From an uncultured bacterium (GTDB lineage Bacteria; CSSED10-310; CAZUFC01), in assembly GCA_964619725.1 (NCBI GenBank), contig CAZUFC010000020.1:1-54844 (forward strand): a stretch of 54,844 bases of DNA, given 5' to 3'. The position numbers were made by a program, and so were the translations under genes. Below are positions 1 through 10,300 of the stretch, one piece after another. The notes under the pieces are model-generated. The model ran no database searches. It had not been told where the DNA came from and saw nothing but the letters and a program-made list of their open reading frames with translations. Position 1 is the stretch's first letter; each line of letters opens with the position of its first letter.

Positions 1-18
1 ATGCTTAATGGATTTTCT

Positions 19-41
19 GTTGCCTTCAGGGCAACTTTTTT
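19..41 (+). terminator. Intrinsic terminator of a gene upstream of the window
   Basis: GTTGCC-TTCAG-GGCAAC hairpin followed by TTTTTT. Confidence 0.6.
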
Positions 42-255
42 AACGAACTCTGAAGATCAGGATAAGCGCTTATTTTTCATATCTGACCGAGGTACTGGAG
101 AAAGCTTGCATATTCCTGGACTATCCGTATAACGACTTTGATTTTCTAATACGTTATCAGGCGCTCAAGAACAGTTGTCCCGAGCTGTTGCAGATAGCCC
201 CTGGTCAAGCGCAGTGTTAATTTTTCTCTCCATAAAAGGCAAATTTTTCCGGTAT

Positions 256-414
256 TGATCAAAAACGCCTCTTTTGAGGTTACAATGCGACAGAATCGTC
301 TGTCATTTTGTTTCGATTTCGATCACGATTGCGATACCGACCCCGATACCGATTGCGATGTCGACACAAATTGTCAAAAGTTTTGAAAGAATTGTAACCC
401 CGGCTTGATCAGTC
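256..414 (-). repeat. Dispersed ~150-bp intergenic repeat, family A, full copy 1
   Basis: Reverse complement aligns end to end with 34226-34368 (GACTGATCAA..GGTTAC..CTTTCAAAACTT.TGACA..[ATCGNN]n ATCGAAAC.AAATGA..ATTGTAACC.CAAAAGAGG..TTTTTGATCA). Confidence 0.85.
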
Positions 415-491
415 TCATTTTACCTAATGCTGCGGCAGGCTGCGGTCCATACGGTTCGTCGAGAAAAAGACAAACATTAATTTATATCCCG

Positions 492-528
492 GAAGCGCTC
501 TGCCCCCCATGGAGCCCCCCATCGGACC
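492..528 (+). repeat. Short intergenic repeat, family B, copy 1
   Basis: GAAGCGCTCTGCCCCCCATGGAGCCCCCCATCGGACC matches 24809-24845 GAAGGGCTCTGCCCCCCTGGCAAACCCCTGTCGGACC. Confidence 0.6.
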
Positions 529-554
529 CGGTTCCTCCGTTATAAATAGAGAGC

Positions 555-590
555 AAAAAGGACTTTCAACACAATGTCGAAAGTCCTTTC
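555..590 (-). terminator. Intrinsic terminator of the cohesin/dockerin operon
   Basis: Minus strand GAAAGGACTTTCGAC-ATTGT-GTTGAAAGTCCTTTTT, ~30 bp after the stop at 619. Confidence 0.85.
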
Positions 591-618
591 ACTCAATAAA
601 TGATCAAAGGTTTTTCGT

Positions 619-3600
619 TCAGTTTTTTTTCTTCCTAACGGTATGAAAGATCATTCCGAGAAGGAGGATCAGCAGCAGAGAGCCTTCAGTGGATAATGCC
701 GGTATGGGCGCCTGGGTGGGAATCTGTGTGGGGGTTCGTGATATTTCGGGAGTAGGGGAAAGGAAGGGGGTTTCGGTGAAGTGCACGGTGGGTATTTCTG
801 TGGGGAATTGTGAAGGGGTCATTGACGGTTCCGGGGTCGGTTCTGTGGTAGGCGTTCCGGTAGGTTGGCCGGTTGTCGTCGGTTCCCGGGTGGGTTCTGC
901 AGAAGGTGACGGTTCGATGGTCGGAGCTTCAGTGGGGACGGTGGTAGGGGGTTCGGTCGGCATTTCGGTGGGCGCATCAGTTGGAACGGGAGTCGGAGCG
1001 AGGGTCGGCCCCTGTGTGGGGGTACCGACGGGACCGCCGCATAATTCTGCGTTATCGACAATTACTGAAGCATCGCCGTCCCAGCCTTCGGAAACGTCGT
1101 ACATGCGAATCTGAAAAACGCAATAAGCGGCATCGAGAGGGGCTTCCTGCTGCAAAATATCGAAGGTTTGCCAATCGTCCATATCGATGGAGTATCCGCC
1201 GTCGACGACATCCAGGATATATCCTTCGCTGTCTTCCCATACGATCCATAACCTGATGCGTCCTGCGGGGTCGAAATCGTAACACCGGAGTTTAACATCG
1301 TATAATTCTCCGGGTATGATTTCCGTTCTCTGGTAAAGTTCTCTGGTGCTGTCGCTGGTCCATTCCAGGGCGCATGCGGCATTGCCGTCCCAGACCATAT
1401 CCGATTCCATCAATGCATGGAATCCGTTTGTATCGCTGAGGCGCCAGTCATCGGGCGGCCCACCGGAGCCGTGTTCAATCCACGACTCGAATCCTGGATT
1501 CTCTAATGCGTTATTATCGCACATAGTCGGAACAGGAGTAGCGGTCGGGGTATCGGTCGGAAGCGGTGAAGGGGTTAAGGTAGGTGATGCGGTGGGAGTC
1601 GGGGAGTCGGTGGGCGTGGGGCTGGGCGTATTGCTGGGCGAAAGAGTCGGCGTTCGAGAAGGCGTATGAGTGAAGGTGGGTGATGGAGTAGGCGTATGGG
1701 GAATATTTCCGCAGACTTCCACGTTATCGACGATAACTTGTGCATTGCCGTCCCAGAAATCGGGAACGTCGTACATCCTTATTTGAACCCGGCAGAATGC
1801 CGCAGATGCCGGGGAAGTTTCATCCGTCATCTCAAACATCTGCCACTGTTCTGAATCCCTGGAGTATCCCCCATCAACGGTATCGATCAGTCCTCCAGTT
1901 GCGTCTTCCCAGCGTATCCAGTATCTGATGCGGCCTGCGGTATCATCATCCAGATATCGCAACCTGAAGTCATACGATTCATTGGGATAGACAGCGAAAA
2001 CCTGGTAAAGTTCCTTAGTCAGCGTATTGGTCCATGCCAGCCTGCAGGAATAATTTCCATCGAACACTCTGCCGGTTTCCCTGATAGCGGAATATCCGAT
2101 GACGGCGCCGATATGCCAGTTGTCCGGCGGACCAAAAGGACCGTTTTCGTACCAGTTTTCGAAGCCCGGATTCACGGGAGCGTTATCCGGACACATTGAT
2201 GGAACCGGCGTATGCGTCGGTGAGGCGGTAGGCGTCTCAGTCGGCGTATCCGTGGGTGAAAATGTGGGTGACGGGGTGAATGTCGCGGTTGATGTGGGTG
2301 AATTTGTCGGCGGGGGCGTCGGGGTTAGGGTAACTGTGGGAGAATTCGTCGGGGACGCCGTAGGCGTCGACGTTCCGCAGTAATAGGAGAATGTTCCGGA
2401 TTCTCTGCCCCATCCTTCCAGATCATCGGTCAAGTGTGAAATGAAAAGTTCGCACTCATCGCCGTTAATGCAGTCCGGACAATTGACCTGAAAGGTAAAA
2501 ACAACCAGGCTGCCGGAACTGTCTGCCGGAATAGCGTCATCCGGATGAACGAATCCTGTCGTCCGAATCTCTCCTGCTACCGGTTCATTGCAGCCGAACA
2601 TAACCCATCCGGGGTCCAGAGTTCCCGGGCTGCATTCGACGTATTGAAGCTGATCCGTACAATAGACCAGGTGAAAACCGAACGCATCAACGGGAGTATC
2701 CGGATTGGAAATGTTCACCGGGACATTAACCGTATCGCCGTGGCATCCCGCGAAGTCACTCACAGTGATGCCATCATATGTAGCAGGCGTCGGGAACGGC
2801 GTCGGCGTGCAAAAGTATGCGAACGAACCGTTTTGGATAGTCCAACCGTCAAGATCAGCCGTCAAATTGGAAAATGCAAGTTCGCATTCGGCGCCCGGCA
2901 CGCACTCCGGGCATGTGATCTGAAATGTAAGCGTCACCAGGCTGCCTGAACTGCCGGCGGGAACAGCATCGTCGGGATGCACAAATCCTGTGGCTCGAAT
3001 TTCCCCGCTTTCCGATTCATTGCAGCCGAACATCGTCCAGCCAGGGTCCAACTCGCCTTCAGAACATCCCATATACTGCATCATATCGGTGCAATACTGA
3101 AGATAGAAACCGAACGCATCCACCGGGGTTTCCGGATTAGAAATCACGACATCGACGTCAATGGTTTCCTGCGTGCATCCAGTAAAGTTTTCCAGCATGA
3201 TGACGTCAGCAGGCGTCGGCGTAGCGGTCGGCGTCGGAGTGCAATAATAGACGAAGGTCCCGGCTTGTCCGATCCAGCCGGAAAAATCATCCGTCAGATT
3301 GAACAGAGTAACCTCAAACTCATCCCCGATACTGCATGATTCGCATTTAACGCGGAACCTCAGCGCCGCCAAGCTGCCGGAGCTTCCTGCGGGGATGCTG
3401 CCGGAATGAGAAAAGCCTGTAGCTCTTATTTGTCTCGGGACCGGTTCATTGCAGCCGAACATGGTCCAGTCAGGGTCCAGATCGCCTTCGGTGCAATTAA
3501 GAAATTCCAGGGCATCGGCATCATATCCGGCGTAAAGTCCGAAAGCATCCACAGCCGTATCTGGATTGGTCAACATAACTGTCATCATTATCGTGTCGTC

Positions 3601-4176
3601 CGAGCATCCCTGAGCGTCTTCAATCCACACGAGATCGTTGGTCGTTGGAGTGGGAGTCGGGGGGCATGAGTAAGTAAAAACTGCACCCTGTTGTTCCCAT
3701 CCATCGATATCTGCAGTCAAGTCAGACAATGATACGATGGATTGGTCATTCATGATGCAATGCCAACAAGTGACCTGAAATGTCAACGTTATGATGCTGC
3801 CGTTGCTGCCGGCGGGTATGACTCCAGGATAGGCAAAAGCCGTCGTCCTGATTTCTCCTTCCTCTGGTTCATTGCAGCCGAACAGAACCCATCCCGGATC
3901 AAGGTCGCCTTCAGCGCACTCGATGTAATCCAGCATTCCTGCATCGTAATGAATATAGCAGCCGAATGCATCCACAGGCGTATCCGCATTCGAAATCATA
4001 ACGTTTACTTCGATCATATCGCCCATGCAACCGGAAAAATCCTCAATCCAAATCATGTCTCCATTGAAGGGCGGCTCCTGGCCTCCGGAAGCTCTTGCAT
4101 CACCGTGAAAGCTCCCGAAAGCCGACGACAAAACGCAGCCGATTAAAATACCGACCCAAAAGCTATAGCGTTTCAT
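619..4176 (-). CDS. Scaffoldin-like surface protein: signal peptide, 4 cohesin-like domains, 2 CBM4/9-like domains, Pro/Thr linkers, IPTL-CTERM-like sorting tail
   Basis: Four ~130-aa repeats (approx. nt 4056-3666, 3633-3241, 3204-2809, 2772-2378) with V.V.ISNPDTPVDAFGF.L.Y..D.L.Y..C..G.LDPGW..FGCNEP..GEIR...IPAGSSGSLV.LTFQV. Two NPGFE.W...PD.W...VDNVE domains. C-terminus IPALSTEGSLLLILLLGMIFHTVRKKKN. AAGGAG RBS. Confidence 0.8.
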   Translation of the reverse strand: MKRYSFWVGILIGCVLSSAFGSFHGDARASGGQEPPFNGDMIWIEDFSGCMGDMIEVNVMISNADTPVDAFGCYIHYDAGMLDYIECAEGDLDPGWVLFGCNEPEEGEIRTTAFAYPGVIPAGSNGSIITLTFQVTCWHCIMNDQSIVSLSDLTADIDGWEQQGAVFTYSCPPTPTPTTNDLVWIEDAQGCSDDTIMMTVMLTNPDTAVDAFGLYAGYDADALEFLNCTEGDLDPDWTMFGCNEPVPRQIRATGFSHSGSIPAGSSGSLAALRFRVKCESCSIGDEFEVTLFNLTDDFSGWIGQAGTFVYYCTPTPTATPTPADVIMLENFTGCTQETIDVDVVISNPETPVDAFGFYLQYCTDMMQYMGCSEGELDPGWTMFGCNESESGEIRATGFVHPDDAVPAGSSGSLVTLTFQITCPECVPGAECELAFSNLTADLDGWTIQNGSFAYFCTPTPFPTPATYDGITVSDFAGCHGDTVNVPVNISNPDTPVDAFGFHLVYCTDQLQYVECSPGTLDPGWVMFGCNEPVAGEIRTTGFVHPDDAIPADSSGSLVVFTFQVNCPDCINGDECELFISHLTDDLEGWGRESGTFSYYCGTSTPTASPTNSPTVTLTPTPPPTNSPTSTATFTPSPTFSPTDTPTETPTASPTHTPVPSMCPDNAPVNPGFENWYENGPFGPPDNWHIGAVIGYSAIRETGRVFDGNYSCRLAWTNTLTKELYQVFAVYPNESYDFRLRYLDDDTAGRIRYWIRWEDATGGLIDTVDGGYSRDSEQWQMFEMTDETSPASAAFCRVQIRMYDVPDFWDGNAQVIVDNVEVCGNIPHTPTPSPTFTHTPSRTPTLSPSNTPSPTPTDSPTPTASPTLTPSPLPTDTPTATPVPTMCDNNALENPGFESWIEHGSGGPPDDWRLSDTNGFHALMESDMVWDGNAACALEWTSDSTRELYQRTEIIPGELYDVKLRCYDFDPAGRIRLWIVWEDSEGYILDVVDGGYSIDMDDWQTFDILQQEAPLDAAYCVFQIRMYDVSEGWDGDASVIVDNAELCGGPVGTPTQGPTLAPTPVPTDAPTEMPTEPPTTVPTEAPTIEPSPSAEPTREPTTTGQPTGTPTTEPTPEPSMTPSQFPTEIPTVHFTETPFLSPTPEISRTPTQIPTQAPIPALSTEGSLLLILLLGMIFHTVRKKKN

Positions 4177-4332
4177 ATATCATCGGTCTCCTTTCCTGAC
4201 GACTTTGCCTGTCTTTTCATCTTATTTCTCGAAAGAACGCGCATTTCCCTTCCTGTTAAAACTGATTCTTCTGTTATTTTCATGATCATGATCTCAGGCA
4301 TATCGTCACGGTCTGGAATTTTAATCCAGCTG

Positions 4333-7300
4333 TTATTGTTTCAGGGCTCTCATCGGCATCAATAAAGTCCTTCCATCCAGATATTCTTCAGTCAATTGCG
4401 AGGACGTTAATTCACAGTAGACGAATGAAGCGCCCAATCCGTTCGCTTCTGACAGATCGTCCGTCAGATAGGAAAACTGCAATTCACAGCGTTCTCCGAT
4501 ACGGCATTCTGCGCATGAAACCTTGAATTTTAGGGTCATCAATATTTCATTGCTTTCAGCGGGCAGAGCATCATCCGGGTGCAGGAAACCGGCTGAACGT
4601 ATTTCACCTGTTGCGGGTTCATTGCAGCCGATCATGATCCATTCCAGATCGGGTCTTCCCGTCTCGAAACCGACATATTCCAGCATATCCGTGCAGTAAT
4701 GCAGTGAGAATCCGAATGCATCGATCGCCTGGTCGTTTCCGCCGATTCTGATGGGAATCTCAATCAAATCGCCTTCGCAGCCTGAAATATTTTCGATCCA
4801 TACAGCGTAATCGCTTTCAATCATTTCAGCGATCTGCATAACATCTATTTCATTGAGATTCACGGACAGGTAACCGGCCGACAGGACATCGGCATTTTTC
4901 AGAGGACTCTTCGCATCACCGGATTTCTTGCCGTCGGGTATCGAATCGGCGCATTCGCAGGCCAAACCCAGGTAGAACATGTACATGCACTGGGCATCGC
5001 CTATGGTTATTTCTCCCTCACCCGTGCAATCGGCTGAACATGTTTCTTCAAAGGTGGGGGTATATTCGCCGAGCACAATCATGTAAGTGATCTGAGCATC
5101 CTCAATGGTGATGACGCCGTCGTTGTTGACGTCTCCATCGTTGATGCAGGCAGGAGTAGCGGTGAAAGTCGGAGCCCAGCTCGGCGTCGTCGTCGGTACC
5201 GGCGTCGGTATTTCGGTGAGTATGGGGGTCGGAGTGAAGTCAAAGTCTATCCATCCGCTGTAATCCACATCGTCGGAAACCCTTTCAGCTCCTGGATTCT
5301 CGTTGCCGTCATTCATGCATCCGTCTGCGACGAACCAGTTGTCTCGCGGTCCGCCGGCCATTCCCCAAAAATTGTATCTCGCATCCACGCATGTGCTCGA
5401 AGTATCATTGTAGACAGCGTAACCCACATGATTGCTGAACGAATTCCTCTGCGACGCGAAGCCGCCGATAATCGGAAGCGCCGAACCCGTAACGTAAACA
5501 CCGACTCCCAGACCTCCAGAATTGTTGTCGTGAATGTTGCAGTTTCTGATAAGCGGAGCAGCATTGCTTCCGTTGACGTAAATGCCGTATCCGCCGTGAT
5601 TGTAGCGAATTTGAGTGCCCACGACGGAACTGGAAGAGCCTGACGTCCCCGGACTGATATATACTCCGTATTGCGGATTCAACTCAATGATACCGCCGCT
5701 GATCTGGACGTTGCCGGGACTGGCGTAAACCCCGGAAGAGGTATTATCGTGGATGTGGCAGTCGATCAAAGTCGGATTCGCATCGCTGGCGCTGCAATTC
5801 ACTCCGTGGCCGCTTCCGAACCTCAGTTCGCAATTCTCCAGCACAGGCGAAGACCCGTTGCAGCAGACATTGTCGTAAGGATCACTGTTGCCGCCATATT
5901 CAACGATAACATGCTTCAGCGAAGTCACTAGATCATCGCAGTATTTCGCAAAGTATAATCCTTTCCAGCTTCCGAGACTGGGCGGAAATGATGCTGTAGT
6001 AAACACTATCGGCTCCATCGCTGACCCTTCCGCAATTAAAGCCCCTGGCTCCGAACTGTTCGAATCATGACCGATGTAGAAATAGTAGTTCCCTGAAAAC
6101 ATGACGACAGCGCCCGGTTCGATCGTCAATGCAGTAACGTTATCCCCGCCGTCCTGACCCCGAACATAGATATGACCGGTTATATAATAAGGTATGTCCT
6201 GACTCGGCCATATCGTATCCTGGCTTATGTTTTCTGCAGTCACGTAGATTATCTGGTTGCCGTTATCGATGTAAGTGCAGTCGGTTATTCCCTGTAATTT
6301 CTGCGCATGCATCCTTATGGGATAACTGTTGTTTGAGATAAATGCACAGTTAGACACAATCGCTGAATCATTGGCGCCTGTGCAGTATAACCCGTAACTG
6401 CCGTTGCGGGATATGCTTGTGTTTGAAACAGATACGTTCGACGTGCTTGTGACGTATATTCCGTGCGAAGAGTTTTCTTCAACGGAGCTGTTCGTTATTT
6501 CAGCTTCTGCATTCCCATTGCAATAAACGCCGTAACTGTTGCTTCTGCTTATCTCGCAGTTTTCTATAACGGGACTGGAGTAGTTATTCGAATAGATGTT
6601 GCTGCTGCTAGCGAATAATATCTTACAGTTGCGTATCGTCGGGGATGCATAGGTACATTGTACATTATGGCTTGCATAGGAAATCTCGCAATGGTCCAGC
6701 ATACAGATGGAGTCGTCCGCATAACGCCGGATGTGTATGCCGCTCCAATTCCCGGGTGATGGGTGACGATTGTGCGAAGTAATTATTATTGGCTCCGATG
6801 CAGTACCGACTGCGACGAGAGCTCCCGGCTGATAAAAGTTAGAATCGTCACCGACATAAAGATAGTGGCCGGAAAACCGCAATTCGCATCCTTCCTGAAG
6901 CGTCAGCGTCGTAACATTATCGGGACCGTCCGTGCCTTCGATGTAAATATGACTGCTGACATAATAGGGTAACGCATTCTGCCAGTAGCAGTCCTCATAA
7001 ATGTAACCGCCCCTGACCTCAATTTCTTCGTTTATATTCCCGCTGAACGTGCAGTTCTGTATTCCGTCTGCCTGGTCGGCATAGAGCGAAACGGGATATT
7101 CGCCGTGATTGGTGAATGCGCAACCGTTAACGATCACCTCGTCTGACGTGCTGTTGCAGTATAAACCATTCCTGCCGTTACGATCTATAGTGCAGTCAAC
7201 AAGGTTCAAGTAACTGGTTCCATTGGTGTATATCCCGTAACTTGAATTGAATCTTATCGTTGAAGATGAAATTGTCGGATTCCCGTTGCTGTAAGAGTAA

Positions 7301-10300
7301 ATTCCGTAACTGGAATTATGGTAGATGTCGCAGCCGGTTACTTGAGGAGCAGCGTTGTTGGTGCTGTAAATCCCTGACGAGGAGGCATAGGCGATCTCGC
7401 AATTTTCAATATTGGGCGCTGCATTATTGGTACAGTAGATATTGTTTCCTTCGCCGTACATAATACGACAATTCCTGATTGTCGGAGATGAATCATAGCA
7501 ATAGATATTCTCATAGGAACCGTATCCGCCGTATTCCACATCGCAGTATTCCATTATGCACAAAGCATCGTCAGCATAGCGTCCGAAATAAATGCCGTCC
7601 CATTCGCCCGGTATGGGGTAATCGCACTGGGTAGTGAAGAGAATACGATTCCCGGCCTCGCCCACGGCATGCAAGGCGCCTGTGTCCGTTGCAGAATCAT
7701 TGCTGCCGATGTACAGTTGATAATACTGACCGAATCGCAGTTCAATGCCCGGCTCCAGAGTCAGTGTAGTCACATTATCGGGTCCGTGGGTTCCGCGCAC
7801 ATTAATATCGCCTCCCACATAGTAAGGCAGCAGTGAATATTGTTCCCAAAGCGTATCCTGGGTGATTGTTCCTCCACCGATGTACAGGACCTGGTTGTCG
7901 TTTCCGGTGTAGCTGTTGCCTGCCAGAACCACAGCATGCGCCTGCGCAGCGTTGATTCTCACCGGATAAGTATTGTAAAGGAAGGAGCACCCAGTGAAGC
8001 TCGCCGTATCGGCGTAACCGTTGCAGTATAGTCCATAGTAGTTGTGAGAAAGAACAGTATCGGTCATATCCGCGTTTGAGGAATTGTTGACATGGACTCC
8101 TGAGCTTTCATTATGATGAAAGTAACAATCGGCGAGGATGACATTCGAATTTGCGTCAATGTAAAGACCGTGATTCGAATTATAAGCAAATTCGCAGTTT
8201 TCCAGCACAGGATTCGACCAGTTGTATGCGTAGAATCCTGGTCCCGTTCCGAAAAAGGACCGGCAATGTCTGAAAGTAGGCGAAGAAGCGTTGCAATGGA
8301 TATTTTCATAGCTCCGCCCTCCGTAGTAGACATCGCAGTATTCCATAAGACATATAGAATCGTCGGTATAATCGTCGAAATATATTCCCTGCCAGTAATT
8401 TTCCAGGGAATAGGCGCCGGTGAACGTAATGCGTTCGGTATCCGTACCGACGGCGATGAGAGCGCCGGGATCATCTATTGTGGTGGAGCCGATATGCAAT
8501 CTTCTATCATAATAGAACTGGAGTTCAACACCTGGTTCCAGCGTTAATGTCGTTACATTGTCCGGACCATCCTTTCCCCTTACATAAATATTGTTGGAAA
8601 TATAATAGGGCGTTCCGTGATCGCGCCAAATCGAATCGGAATTGATCGTGTCTCCGACGACATATATCCAGTCCGTCAGGGGCGATTCGATGATCACGTT
8701 TGCGGGCGGTCCCATTCTGGTGACGTTCCTGGCGTAAATATAGACCGGAGCATGATGGTGCTGGGTAAAAGTATTGCCGTTGATGTAGGGAGCGGATATC
8801 TCGTTCTGACAATAAATACCGTAATTGCTTCCATAAGCGATGAAATTACCGCTGATTTCCGGTTCGCAGGCGCCGGTTAAACGAATGCAATCATGCGACG
8901 GTCCGGGATCAGAAACCACTCCATCCAGAACGTAGCCGTCGCTTTCATTAAAATAAATGCAATGTTCGCCCGTATCGAAAATGGTGCACTGTTCGATTAT
9001 AGGCGCTCCGTGATCTATGTATATGCCCATGTGTTCTGCATGTCGTATTACGCAACCGTAAAGCACGGGACTCACGTAATTGCAATGTACCGCATAATGG
9101 TCGGAGCCTGAAAAATTTTGCCCTGCATACTCGATGGTCGCGTAATTAAGTTCACAGAGTGTGTCGTCAGCGTACCGCGCAAAATAAACGTCTCCCCACG
9201 AACCGGGACCGGGCGTATCACTGTCGGCCGTCAAAATAACCGGGTTCATTTCTGTTCCCTCAATGATTAAGCCTCCGGGCCTGCTGCCGTCGCTGTCATG
9301 CCCGATATACAGTCTCGCCTGCGAGGGAAATCGGAGGACAGCGCCTTCAAGGATCGTCAGGGTCGTAACGTTGTCCGGTCCTGATTGACCGCTGACGGTC
9401 ATGCCGGCTGACAGGATATAATCGGTATCCTGACCTTCCCAGGTCGTATCGTCAGTAATATTCTGAGCAATGACGTCAATGTCCTTGTCAAGAGTTACGC
9501 CTGTAATATTTCCGCAGTAACCGGCGTAAAGCCTTAAGGAATAATCGGCGGCGTTGTTAATTATATTGCCGCCGCTGATCTGGATTCCGCTGGTCGAATC
9601 GTTGCAGTATACCCCATGTCCTGTGTTATCGCTTATTATGCTGCTTGAGATTGAGACCAAACAGGGACCTCCCGTTACATGAATCCCATGCCCGTTCGAT
9701 TCGTTTATCTCGCAGTCGACCAGGGAGAGCGATGCGCTGTTGGATGTTATTCCGTGAGTATTGCTGTATTCGATCAGGCAATTATTCAGCATTGAATTAT
9801 CGCCGCTGTATTGAGAAAAGTATATCCCGTTCCAGGTTGTTGAAACGCCTGTTCCCGTAAAGATAATCTGATCGCCGCCTGAACCGTCCGCGGACAAAGC
9901 CCCGGTTTGCCCGGACTGGCTGTCGTGTCCCACCGTGATGCCAAAGCCCGATTCGAATTGTAGTTCAACGCCTTCCTGAAAATACATCGTCGTTACGAGA
10001 TCAGGACCGTCCTGCCCCCTGACGTATATCTCACCGCTTATACGAAACGGTAAACCCTGATCCTCCCATACGCAGTCATGAGTCGCGGTAGCCCCGATAA
10101 CTTCTATATAGTCGGCTCCGTTGGCGGAAAACGTATTGCCTGACAAAAACCCGGCCCTGTTTGCTCCAACACGCACCGGGATGGAACTGTTGCCGCTTAT
10201 TACGCAATCCGTCACCGTGATCATGGAATACGCAGCGCTGCAGTATATCCCATACCCGTTATTGTCGCTGATCTCCGTATCGCTGATCTCCGGAAAACCG

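Noticed and set aside
310-360. ATCGNN hexamer run as a CRISPR array or coding microsatellite
   Set aside because: There are no 25-40-nt repeats with unique spacers and no cas genes; it is the core of the dispersed family A element
689-2383. Plus-strand Val/Gly-rich ORFs (689-1114, 1346-1669, 2099-2383)
   Set aside because: Antisense shadows of the Pro/Thr linker codons of the scaffoldin gene
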